A DNA stretch of 59,523 nt, the filler included, from Platydemus manokwari (taxonomy: Eukaryota), in assembly GCA_037951405.1 (NCBI GenBank). It is 5 parts of 5 records of this genome, joined end to end, with 100 filler letters (N's around TTAATTAATTAA, not from the genome) between each part and the next. Parts side by side here need not be neighbours in the genome. Positions count along the whole stretch, not along the records: positions 24,997 to 35,482 come from JBBMOY011130330.1; positions 35,583 to 45,621 come from JBBMOY011175655.1; 3 more parts are not named here. One strand, written 5' to 3'. The notes below the pieces were generated by a model. It worked only from the letters and a program-made list of their open reading frames with translations, did not search any database and was not told where the DNA came from. Shown here piece after piece: positions 25,331 to 38,022 of the stretch. The position numbers and the translations under genes are program-made. How positions within the stretch are numbered: the stretch's first letter is position 1; each line of letters opens with the position of its first letter.

Positions 25331-27481
25331 AAACTTAAATTTAAATTTAGATAAAAAAAATAAATATATTTAGATGGCTAATAAATATATTAATGTTAGA
25401 AAATATATTTATTCGATTACTTGTGAGTACCTTTTTCTTAATGTTTCCATTTTGGAATAATAGTAATTATTTGCAATGTTTATTTGAGATGTTGTCTTAT
25501 TTTATGAAATTTGTAGTAAAATAGTCAGAGAATTTGAATATATTAAATAGCAGACAGTAGCATGATTCTGACAAGTGCGGTAGACATTTAATTACTTTAA
25601 CGCTATTTAATAATTATCGTATAACAAAATAAGTGTACTCAATAAATATTCTTACTTTCACTTCACCATTGCCTTTTTGGTTAAAATCGATTGAGAGGAA
25701 TGGGATGCGTTTACTATTGCCAAGTCATTCCAAGTCAACCAAGAATTGGTAATGCAGCAGTTTTCAAATGTTAATTCGTATTCTCGGCACAATACTTAAT
25801 CATTCAAAACTTTTGTTACCTACATTCTTTTCCAGGTAATTAATGGTTACTGCCTGCTCTGCATAATTTTTAAATGTTTGCTAATTATTTCATAAACAAT
25901 AATTTGAATTGAAAAAATAATTAAACATATTATTGATTTTCATAAAATGTGAAATAAAATATAATTGTCGGGGTTCTAGCCCAATTAGTTACTTAAAACA
26001 ATTAATTTACATTGAAAACTATTTGTATAACATCTGCACGGCAGTACGTATAAAATGTGTATTAATTTTTATTGATTTTTATTTAATCTGCATGCATTTT
26101 TATGATTGGATTTTTGAGCAACAACTATTCTGAAATATTGATATTTATAATAATTATTATTTATATATTACATATATAATATTATATATTTACATATATA
26201 ATATATGTAAAATTATAATACCAATAAAATTACCAATATCAAATCCACCGATCTCTAAAAATAATAAGTTAATTTATAAAATTTTAATACAAAATAAGTT
26301 ATCGCGCATTAACGGCGACAAATAAATCATCATGTTTCTGCGCATGAAAATTCTATAGCAGAATAAAATATATCACTCGATTAAATTTAATCGAGAAATA
26401 TTTTCTCTGTCTAAATAAATTTATTCAGAGAGAATTTCTCTCACCAGTGAATAAATTCTATCGATAAAATAATAAATATTCATTGTCATTAAATTTAATA
26501 ACAGATAATATCTGCAAATGATTCATTGCCAATATATAAGCAGTGATTTCAATCAACACTGCCATAATTTTCACGGACATAGTTTTTTTGACACCACTTC
26601 GCTGCTATTATTTTCGCTGTCACAATTCCATAGACGACGTTACATCAAGTGGAGAAGAACCATAATTCAAATATCCATTCGACCCACTGACGAAGATTAT
26701 CAGGTGCTGAAGATCAATTTTCCTGTATATGCCCGGCATTTGCTGGAAGACCCAAAGTAAGACCGTACCTATAAAATACCAATCTATATTATATACAGTA
26801 GCTTGTATCTCATACTATAGAGTTTGTTGCACAAATATCTTTATTATTCGGTTTTACTCCATGAGAAGGACGTATCAACCGCTATCATCTTTAAATTGTA
26901 AACCATATTGAAAACTTGTTGGTGCCTAGTGTAGTTTTAACATCAATTTTTAATTTATTTATTTTATGTTTGTTAATTAGTATTGGTGTCATATTTAATA
27001 AATATTTGTAACATTGAAGCCTTAGTTTTCTGAATCATATAGGGATCATTAAATCATAGTTTGTAGTAAAGAAATAAAGTTAGTAGTTTTAAAAGTGGTT
27101 AAATATTTTTGAGACTGACTATTAGGTTAAATAAAATATATCACTACTGCCAAACCTATTGTCATCATACAATAAGGCTGTGCGAGATAAAAGGACAACA
27201 ATATAAGGTAAATTACGCCTGTGACCTTAATAAAGAACTCATAGGGACTGATTATTGCGGTAGTGATATCAAATAGGATTATGCTTATTAAAACAAATAA
27301 TTCAATAAGGCCCGAACGTAACATAATAAAAACAATTTTGGCTAATTATTTCATAAGAAATAATTTGAAATATATTATTGATTTTCTTAAAATGTTCAAT
27401 AAAATATAATATAATCAAAAATTGAATTGCAAATTATTCTTTTTTACCAGATAATATATTTCATTTCAAATAAATTTTTTT

Positions 27482-28215
27482 TTAATTAATTGGACTGAAT
27501 TTCATTGTAAAAAAGTCCACGATATGGCTAAAGTACATCGGTATTGGTCCATCAAATAAATTTACCAAAACGCATATTTCGTGTGCTTCAGAATAGTGAG
27601 CCGCTAGACAAAATGATCTCTCCGTGCAACTAGTTATAAAATTTTATTAAAAATACAAGAAATTTCTAACTATAAAAATTATAACTTTTTATAACATTCT
27701 ATAACGGTCGACGTAAAATTTTCGTAACAAGATTCTATTGAATCTTCAGTGAATTCTATTTTAGGGTCAATTTCCATGTATGTGCTTCGAAAATTTCTCA
27801 AAAGATCTTTTTCATATTTGCATACAACTCGAGTTAGATTAGTACATTGCATATTCAATAATGTGTATTGTATTTGGGCGACACATTGGTCATAACCACG
27901 CTGTGGTGAATTATGTCCAGAAATGTTATAGCCTTTATGGTCTTCTTTAAATCTATATACTCCACTGTAGATATAATTCCATTTTGTTTGGTTTGACATT
28001 TTGACAAATGCTGGTGATCTAGGAACCATTACTTCATATGGTTCGATTAAATTGCCATTAATTAGATGACAGAAACGCAAACCATAACAATATGACATAG
28101 TGTCAAAAGTACGATACACGCATTTACCACATTCAGGTAAAAATGGTGGTGGGCAATCATTGCTCTTTATATGAGAGACAAATATCAGAATTAGAGAAAT
28201 ATCAATCACAATCAT
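27482..28215 (-). CDS. Secreted C-type lectin-like + PAN/Apple domain protein (2 exons)
   Basis: ATG 28215, exon to 27686, 56-nt GT-AG intron 27685-27630, exon 27629-27482. Signal peptide MIVIDISLILIFVSHIKS; CTLD-like Cys pattern (CPPPF..CGKCVY..FC..GNL..C..C..VVCKY); after splicing VIECYKNCTERSFCLAAHYSEAHEICVL gives the PAN/Apple C-x3-C-x5-C..C pattern. Confidence 0.75.
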
Positions 28216-28490
28216 TTCTAAAATCAACCAAAAATGTTAATATTTATCACAATGATTTTATTAATGAATCATTCAATATTATTATAATGATAATAATGAT
28301 TTATTATTGATATGTTCGAAAATCTCTCAGCCTTTAGAAAATATTATATAAGATAAATAATTGATAAAATAGAATCTTAAATAATGTTTAACTATATACA
28401 GCTATATACAAATAAATATACAACATAGTACATACAAATCCATAAAACATTTCGCATTTTCCATTCTTCAATTATTGAAGAATAAATCAC

Positions 28491-30009
28491 TTACTTGAAA
28501 ATATTGAAATATTTTGTAACAAATATTGTGACACGTATATCAAATAAATATAAAAAAATGTTGTTACAAGTGACCAATAATATACGAATAATAATGTTGT
28601 TGACCATTGTTGTATTTCGAATCCATAATAATATTGATTCCTTATTAAAATAAATCACAATTTTATTAAAACTGGAAATCACTAGCTTCTATTATGTTGA
28701 TACCTTATGGATTTTGTAACAAATAAAATACTAAATATGAAATTATTATTATTACTGTTTTTATTGTGAAAAATATTAATTATTATTAAAACATTTTTGA
28801 TCATGATGTGTATTGTTTAATCATCTTGAAAATTATATTGTAATTAGTTTGAATTTATAAAGAGAATAAAAACGAGGGCATGCTATTTTTACAATAAATA
28901 AGGCCACACATCAAGAAATTGAAATCAATTGAAATTGTAATGTACTATTGTGCTATAAGGCGACGCCACAAATACCCAAAAATTTCTTTGAAATCAATCA
29001 ATATCGAGGAAATCATGAGAAAGAGTGGTTACACAAATTTGGAATAATGCAAACATTTCAAATAGTTACGTCACTAGAGACGAGTCAGATATGTTGGAAA
29101 TATTAATATCAGTTAGTAAAGCTTCACAAGATGATCCAAATCTCTGAAAACTTGTTCGGCTTAATGTAGAAAGAGTCATAATTTAGTTGATTTAATGTTT
29201 TCAATCTACATAGAACGTATTATAATATAAAACAATTTAATTAATCTAAATGATGTGAAGTTTATGAAAAGGATTATCAACATAAAAAGAACAATAGTGG
29301 CTCCACAGAATATATTTGAAAGTGTACAATAGATATTTATACAATCCGTATCTAAAATGTACAATCTCTTTAATGAAACTGGAAACAAATACAAAAAGTA
29401 ACGTGAATATTACCAATCAAATAAGTAAGAGCTGCAAATATTAAAATTATAATGTTAGACACAAATCAGCAACAATGAATAAATTATTATAATATAGAAA
29501 TTATGTTTACTTTAATAAATTATGAAATTAAGAATAAAATAAATCCACAAGTAGAAGATGAATTATGAATAAAGCTAAAAATAGGAAAAAGAAAAGATTA
29601 ATATTGTATAAATAAATATACATATGATGATTTCAAAATTTAAATTTCAAAATTTTGTAAAATCAATATCAAAATATATTAAATAACTGTACTTAAATTC
29701 TCCCCAATTATCTGTCAAGCTAATGCCAAATAGGATTCATACAGTCCTTGCGACAGACTTTCACAAAATATTTGGAATAGAGCTGATACGGAAATTGACT
29801 TTACTAAATAAAGAAACAGAAAATTAACAAGACAGATACAGGACGGTTTGTGAGTAAACAGCAGAAATGACTGATAAAATTAGTAAAAATAGTAAATGAA
29901 ACAAACAAATATTTGTCAATATAGAATTATAAAAAGTACTTCGAAGCATGGAATACACATCAAGTTTGTTGGTAAAAATACATACGCAAAATTCATCGAA
30001 AATTATCAT
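28491..30009 (-). pseudogene. Degenerate multi-pass membrane protein, possibly rhodopsin-like GPCR
   Basis: Successive hydrophobic fragments with many stops (NICLFHLLFLLILSVI; IFCESL..YLALA; IVLFMLIILFINF; LILIFPTYLTR; CNNIFLYLF). Confidence 0.3.
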
Positions 30010-30782
30010 TATATAGAGTAAATAAAAAACTCATATCAATAATAAGTCTAATTTGTGAATTTATGTTATCATTATTTCCAATTTGTCTATGTCATTGTTA
30101 GTTATCATGTTAACAAAATGTATAATTAATCAAATATAAATTTTATAATTAATATTATGTAACCATTTGTTTGAGTTATAAAATAACTGTAATTCTGCAA
30201 TTCACGGAATAAAATTTATATTTCACTCACAAAACCAGGAACAAGAATTTTAGAATATATTTGCATATTTTTTTGAATAATTTGCAATATCATTAACATA
30301 TTGATTTTCAAAGCTTCACTTACGAGAGAAATCTACATATCTATATAAAATAAACTAATAAAATTTACCATTGAAAGTCTTTATCACATTGTTTGTTAGA
30401 TGACTACAATAATGAAAATTAACTTGTATACATTAAAATCAATATTTGAAACATCTCCCTGCTTATTTTTAAAATTATTATTCACTTTTATTCTGATTTT
30501 ATGCAGTAGAAAAATTCAAATATTGAAGTATGGTGACGAACAGCACTTGACACAAGTAGTCGATAGTGATATTTAAACGAATTATAAAAAAAACTCTTAA
30601 TCCTTCGAGACTCCGTGTACATACCAAATCCAATATTTAGAGAAAATTTTATAAGAAATTAAGTAATTTGTAAAAGTACAAATGTACTGAAAATAGTAAT
30701 TATTATAGTGCTCTAACTTTTTATGAATGGATAATATGATTATGTTTTAGTGGTTTTTGATTTGTATACATGACATGATAGT

Positions 30783-31294
30783 TGTTAGCCGCTTTTATTT
30801 TGAAAACCACACATGAAAACAAACTGAAAAGTCAAGACACTAATAATCTATTTAAATACAAATATTTTATGAAATAAATTTAATTTATATTAATGTATCT
30901 TTATTTAATTCATTTAAAATATATCGGATCCCTTTTCTTTAAAATCTTTGATGTTGGTAATTGCTAATTTATCGAATACTCAATAATTTTCATTACACGG
31001 AAAGTCGAAATCTTCTATCTTTTTACGTCATCTTTTATATCCCCTTTTTATCTCTTTTACAACTTCTTTATATCTTCCTTATATCTTCTTTATATGTTCT
31101 CAATATAGTCTCAGCATCTTCCTCCTCCTTTTCTTTAATCGTTTCACGATCGACTTCAAATGCGTGGTCACCATGTTAATGGCTTCTATTTAAAAAAATC
31201 ACACATTAATAACGAACTGCCAAGTCAAGACACCAATCATCTATTTAAATACAAATATTTAAACAAAAAAAATTTATTTTGTATAAATATGACT
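30783..31294 (-). mobile_element. TRIM copy B: LTR-PBS-interior-PPT-LTR (~510 bp)
   Basis: 5' LTR ~31294-31174 ending TTAACA, PBS TGGTGACCACGCA 31173-31161, purine-rich interior, PPT AAAGAAAAGGGA ~30940-30929, and 3' LTR ending CTAACA at 30783. The two LTRs align directly (shared AAGTCAAGACAC..ATCTATTTAAATACAAATATTT). Confidence 0.85.
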
Positions 31295-34139
31295 TTATAC
31301 AAAATTAGAATTAAATTCGAACTAAATTTGAATTAAAAATTTAATCCATTTAAAAAATTTCACAATCGGAATGATCCTTTAAATGATAAAAATAAGAAAG
31401 TTTAATTGAAGCTTCTGAAAATTAAATTAAAATAAATTTGGTTTGATAAAGATGCTGGGATAAGAAAAATTTCTTTTAAGTTTTATTTGCATTCGGGAAC
31501 TATTTTATATCGCATAATGTTTTCATTAAGAATTTCATTAAGTGTTCTGAAAAATATAAAATTAAAAACGAAAAGAAATAATAATCGAAAATGCTTTAAT
31601 TACTTGATTTTCGAGGTTAGAAACAACAAAATGGAACAATCATCTTTGTAAAGATACTTATTGATTAATTATCAAATTTAACTTGCAAAAATGATCAGAT
31701 TAGTTTGGATCAATATGCTTGAAGAGTGCAAGTGTTTATTAAAAATAGAAATTACCGGAGTTCACATTATAAATGTGCAATTTGTAAGAGATGTTAATCA
31801 ATTCGTATAATATAATCAGAAGAATTTGTATTATCGTTTATAATAAGGATTAACTATCACTCTATAATCTTCAACTAAGCTGGACTGCAGACAAGTAAAG
31901 TTGTTGCTGCATCTACGCTTGGATATAAAATAATATTTGAAATATAAATAATAAAGTCAATAAAATATCAAGATAAAATATATTAATCAATAAATGAATT
32001 AATAATAAATGATTTGAACAACAATGATTTTAAAAAACTTAAATAAATATAAATCTTAAATATAAATCTATTGCGGGAGCAAAAGTACCCTCTATTAACT
32101 GTAAAATGCATACCGCTTAGGTGAACTTTTAAGATGTGCTTTGTAATTTAAAAGGATCACAAAGCTAAAACTAGCCTTGGGTCTAGATTTAATTATAATC
32201 AAAAATTTACTCATTGGATAGATAATGTTCAAAAATATCTTCAGTAATCCGCCTCAGGAAATAATTTCTTCAGAACGTATCGTTTAATTTAGTAATTCAA
32301 ACGTATCGTACAAACTAATAATTAGCTTCTTGGGACGTTTAGTAGAAATTAACAATCTGCTTCTTCAAACGTGTCATACAATTCAAATCCTGCTTGTCGA
32401 TAAATTTCGTAGGCTTTTATATTATTTAATGAGCTTTGTGTGTCTACATTTGTAACTATCATTAGCAACATTTACACGTCACTGCTAAATTTAGTAATAA
32501 CTAGTAATAACGCTATTGTAGAAGAAAAGAGTTGTGTAGTCAAGTAAACAGTAAATGGCGTACTGCTAAAGTGTTCGTATAAGAATCTTATGACAAAAGT
32601 GAAAGTGGGGAACTGACAGTAGTGCTTATGAGATTTTAATAGACCACAAGGCTAAAATTAGCCGTGGGTCGGAAATAAGTTAAACAGATAATAAAATTAC
32701 TCATGATAAATTTCTTCCAAAATTGATGAACTGAATGGGCATGTAATAAAAGATAAGCTTCTTTAAAATTTGAGGATCCAAATGAGCAATCAAAGTTGAC
32801 TTCTTCGAAATCTGATAATTCAAATTTGCATACAATTGAAAAAATAAATAGCTGCGGAATTGAGCTTGCAAAAATTTATACAATTTTATAACTGTAGGTA
32901 GTCGAAGTGCGAGTGCTCTGTTTCTGCCAGTATATATATACTATTTCGTGTCTTATAGTGAATCATGCATATTTTTGATATTTTTGGTAACATTTTATGC
33001 TTAGTAGCATATGTTGCTAATTTTAGCATATGTACATCATAAGTTACCATTTTTAGTCCAAGTCTCTATTTATAGCAACTAGTGCTGATATTTACGTTTT
33101 CCATTTATCGGAGGTTCTATTTTTAGATTTCGATTCGGATTTTTCTAATGACCTTAATGTTGAATAGTTTTGGTGTAAAAAAACAAATTTAAAAATTTTA
33201 TGAATATTTTTGTAATTTCTGACGTTACTATTTTATTAATTTGATACTTAATTTGAGAAAATTTTTATATCAATTTAAAATTTTTTTGGTTAATAAGCAA
33301 TAAATTAAGATCAAAACCATCAAGCGTGATATCTTACTATAGTTTGTTTAATAAGCAAGATTCTTATCTTAAATAAACAACGAAAAAGGATCACATTTTA
33401 TGGAGAAAGTAGTGAAAGCAGCCTTACCTGGATTTAATGAGATTAGATACACCAAATGATTTACAACAATGGTACTTTATGTTACTTAATTAATTTTTAT
33501 GTGAAATTCTAAATTAGGAATTTGGCTTCTTTATCTGCCGTGGGACATTGTTTTAGCAACATCTTTTAGTGAAATAGTATCAATTTATATGTTATTTTTG
33601 TTGGTATTATTACAGTTTAATTGGTATAGGTGAGGAATTTTTGATTTAATTTTAAGATAAATTCATCATTTACCAGATATTTTGATAATATTTCAAATTA
33701 ATTAATTAATATTAATTGAAGACCAAAATTAGGATCTAACATAATTTTTATTTACATTTTTAAAATAATTGTTAAGTAATTATTTGCTAATTATTATTTT
33801 ACTAAATTAACCACATGATAACCGTTTAAAATCATTTCGTCAATGACAGATTGAACAATTATTTATAATCAGTCGGATTTGAAGCTGAAAAATAGTTCAA
33901 TAACATCGCACAGTTAGTAATTATTATGAGTGTTTTTAGTGTTGCACTTGGATTGGCATCATCGGGGCTTGTGGTTACTTATCTATTTTTCAAAAGATTT
34001 AACTATTGGTCTCAATTTGTTCCCCACCCAAGCGATCAGAACACGGATCCACGAGCCAATAGTTTCAGAACAGAAGTTCACTTCAAGCAGAGAGAAACCA
34101 ATGTATTCGATGAAATACATGGCCAAGAAACTTTACAAT

Positions 34140-35482
34140 AAGTGTCGAGGCATGCCAGACCCAAAAGAAGAGCGATTACGTGGAGACAATTGCTTTTGCT
34201 GTGGAGAAAGCGGACACTATAGAAGCTAGTGCTCCCTAAGGCACAAGAGTTTAATATGCGGAAAAGAAGGCCATCATTTCAGATCATGTCATCTAATACG
34301 AGGTACCAGACACAGTAGAAAGGAAAGAAACGATAAATTAAGGTTGTGATAGCAAAAAGAATTTGTCCCAATTTTATTGGATGTGTTGACACGATGACTG
34401 CATTCGGGATTCAGCTGAAAGAAGTGGCCACAACCGATTCATCACAATTTAACGACAAATGTACAGACGTGGAAAGATCGAAACACAAAATAGAAACGAT
34501 AAAAACTCGGAACACGGGCAGAATTGGAAGACTTATCGAAGAATATGAAAATATATTCATGGTTTCAAATTGGATCTAGGCAGAACCACTTTAGTTGTTC
34601 ACGATATTATAATTACTGGAAATCCTATTTAGCTGCTATAATACCGAAAGATTATGCCGCTTAATTTGTCAAGACAATGCACGAGGAGTTCTGCCACTTA
34701 GACTCAAAGAAAACCTTCACATATTTGAACGACAGTTTTTATTGGCCAGACATGTTCAACACCATCAAAAGGATACTGAAAGAATGTATGATATGTGCAA
34801 AGAGAAAGATTGATCAATCCAGAACGAAGGTGTTTCTGCTTCCTCGGTCGGTTAGACTCTGAGTTTCAAGAGCAAATCGTGGTGGACATTGCACAAATGG
34901 ACGCGATGCATAGTAACAAGAAAGTACCTAGTAGTCATTATCGACTGATTCAGCAAGCTAGTGAGCCTCACTGCTACATCTAAGCCAGACGAAAAGACAA
35001 TTTTCCAGGTCATTTTGAACTCGTGAATTTATCGTTTTGGAAAGCCAAAGAGCATTCTATCTTATAACGGGAAACAATTTGGAGGTAAATTTATGAGAGA
35101 GGTGTGTTCAAAATTGGGTATCAAACAGGAATTCATCTCACCATGCCAGCATCAATCAAACGGTATAGCAGAAAGCGTCATCATGACGATACGAGATATG
35201 ATAACAACTACTTTAAAGGGTAATAGCAATGTTCTGCATCAACGCAACACATCAATCAACAACGAAGTTCTCGCCTTTCGGAAGATCAATGTTCATGCAG
35301 ATGTGAGCCATGATAATCAAACTCGAGACGATATTGCACCAGCACCTAGAGGAAATTCTAAGGTGAAAGCCGACATAATGTCTAATCGAGACAGGAAAAA
35401 AAAACACATCGGGTTTTTCAGATGGGAGAGAAGGTGCTAGTTCGCGTAGATCCCAATAAGAGAGAGAAGAATGGATAGCAGT
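34140..35482 (+). mobile_element. Degenerate, internally deleted Ty3/gypsy LTR retrotransposon (gag CCHC knuckles, protease end, integrase)
   Basis: CFCCGESGHYRS*C and ICGKEGHHFRSC knuckles; IGCVDTMTAFGIQL protease tail; RLIEEYENIF..LGRTTLVVHDI RT leader; H2C2 integrase finger (HEEFCH..YWPDM..CMIC); rve core (IYRFGKPKSILS..QF..ISPCQHQSNGIAE). Stops and frameshifts; truncated by the gap. Confidence 0.9.
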
Positions 35483-35582
35483 NNNNNNNNNNNNNNNNNN
35501 NNNNNNNNNNNNNNNNNNNNNNNNNNTTAATTAATTAANNNNNNNNNNNNNNNNNNNNNNNNNNNNNNNNNNNNNNNNNNNN
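35483..35582. other. Artificial scaffold-join linker
   Basis: 44N-TTAATTAATTAA(35527-35538)-44N. Confidence 0.97.
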
Positions 35583-37103
35583 ATTATTATTAACGATAAT
35601 AACATTAATAATAAAGATAATAATAATGATAATAATAGTAATATTATATTTAGCAAAATAACAATAATAATAATTTTTCATTTTAAAATAATCATATAAA
35701 TATCGATTGATATTTAAAATATTTTAATAATAATTATTATTATTATACAGACAATAATTATATTAATAATAACCTTAAGAATTTGCTCTATACAAATATA
35801 TTTATTCAGTGTTTACAAGGAAACTCCATTTTGATAAAACATAAACCAAATAACAACAAACTCTATTCAGATTACAAAAAAATTATATCCCATCATTCCT
35901 GACGACATGGAAACCGTAGAAAATATATGCCAAATATCTGTAACCCATGTTACCATAATATCACTTCATTCATTATTCTTGTGAGATGGGTTTGCCACAA
36001 TTTATCGCATTAATTAATTTTCAACACAAGATTCCACAGTGAATTTCTATAAAGTCATTAATTTTTTCAAAAACCATCATTATTGTGAAAATATTTTGGC
36101 AGCTTATTATTCCATGGCAAATGTGTGATAGATTGTTTTAATAGATGAAATATGAATACATGTGTTATCAGTTATCGTGGGTTTTTATAAGAATTACAGA
36201 GCAACATACTTATGTTGATATTGAAATCAATCGATACATTTCCATTCAAGATATGATGCGATCAAGTGAAAGCTTTGGATAGAAAATATTTATAGAAAAT
36301 ATATTATTTTATAAAGTAAAAAAAAACTAGACAATGGGTCTCACATAATAAAATTGCCAATGAATCCCACAAGCCCACATAATCAGACAGAATCTTACCC
36401 ATATTTGATGTCATCATTTCATTGAAACGCACATCAACTAACATGATGTCATAATATTTCTTTAATTATCGCGATCATTAATTTATCCTTGATCCCAAAC
36501 CGAAATGAAAATAATGAAGACATCGGATGAGCTAGTTAACGAAAATCCAAACATTAAAACAAATACGATTCCCTATATGGAAATTTAATTTCTTATCATG
36601 CCGATATGATTATGGTTTTATCATTTATTCCTTTATCAGTTTTTTTTTAATTCGCCCAATCAATTCGGCCTGATCAACGTTATTAAGCAAATCAATACTT
36701 GGTTTTGACAGACAAACTCGAATGGAAACTTGTTTGGTGAGTTTTCTCAAGAGCTTTCCAAAGATTGGGAATGTTCGGATTATTGATTATCGACAAGAGA
36801 AAAAGGAATAGTTCATGAAGATGATAGATTGAATGATTGGCGGTTCCGTGGCTTGGCCGGTTGTTTGCGATCAAGATTATGATGTCAGTATTTAAATTTC
36901 ATCGTTCTCATTTGGCCTTGAAAATATCAGCAATATGATGTTTTGAAATTAATAATTCTCAGTAATTATTATAGAGGCTATTATTATTATTCGAAATATA
37001 TCTTTTTAACCCACAAATAGAGTCGCACTGAGGCCGATAATTAATTCGGTTTTACAAACAATTTGTTGTTAAATATGTAAGCAACTAGGTTTTTGTCTTG
37101 ACA

Positions 37104-37700
37104 TTCCCCTTTCTTTAAAATCTTTGATATCAATATATAAATATTTTAGTATTTCTTCTCAGCTTTATATTATCTCAATATCTTCTGCATATCTTATTCA
37201 TAACATCACTAAATCTTCTTTACATTTCAACTATGCATCCATGCCATGGAAATTCTCAGAATTGAATCAAAATGTATGGTCGTCATGGAAGCCGTAACTA
37301 GATGATAAAGCAAGAACTGAAATCGAGCAGAAAAGTCACGATATCAAATTATATTTAAATTTCAATAATCCAGAAAAATTAATATTTTAAAAAATATTCG
37401 CATTTCCCTTTCTTTAAAATCTTGATCACCTCTGAATTATTAATTATCTCTTTCAAATTCTCCAGATATTTATCAATATAAAATTTTGTATTTCTTCTCA
37501 GCTTTAAAAAATCTCAAAATCTTTTGTATATCTTATTTATAACTTCTACAAATCTCCTTTACATCACTTGTATTTCTTCTTCCTTCTATTCTATGCTTGC
37601 ATTTTATAGCCATTATCAGAATCGAACTGAAATCGAACCTAGAAGTCACGCAGCATTGGAATTATGAAAATCAAATTTAAAAATTTTAATTTATTATAAT
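37104..37700 (-). mobile_element. TRIM copy C, tandem-array form (two interiors sharing a central LTR)
   Basis: Two PPTs (CCCTTTCTTTAAAATCTT on + at ~37107 and ~37406), two homologous interiors (GTATTTCTTCTCAGCTTTA), PBS TGACGACCATACA 37285-37273, central LTR 37402-37286 (TG..CA), and a second LTR remnant ~37624-37700. Confidence 0.65.
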
Positions 37701-38022
37701 TCCTCACACAATACAAACCCGTAGCATGTTTTACTGTGTGATTGGTTTTTATTGTAAAATGTTATCACAAATTTCTCGACTTCTCGTTTGAGATTATATT
37801 TTGACTTAATTATTTAACTCTTTATTTATATACCTATAAATGTTGGTACCTGAAATATGTTATATTGTACCAACACAAAGATCGATTATTTTTACAACCA
37901 CCCACTCAGTATAGAAAATGCACATCAACAAGTCCAATAATCATCATCACAGAAACGTCTGTAGGTACTGCTTTGCGGTTCTACTACTTATTGATATTAT
38001 TTCACTATTATCATTTAATTCA

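Noticed and set aside
30961-31179. 72-aa hydrophobic ORF
   Set aside because: It is the pyrimidine-rich antisense strand of the TRIM interior and is not conserved as an ORF in other copies.
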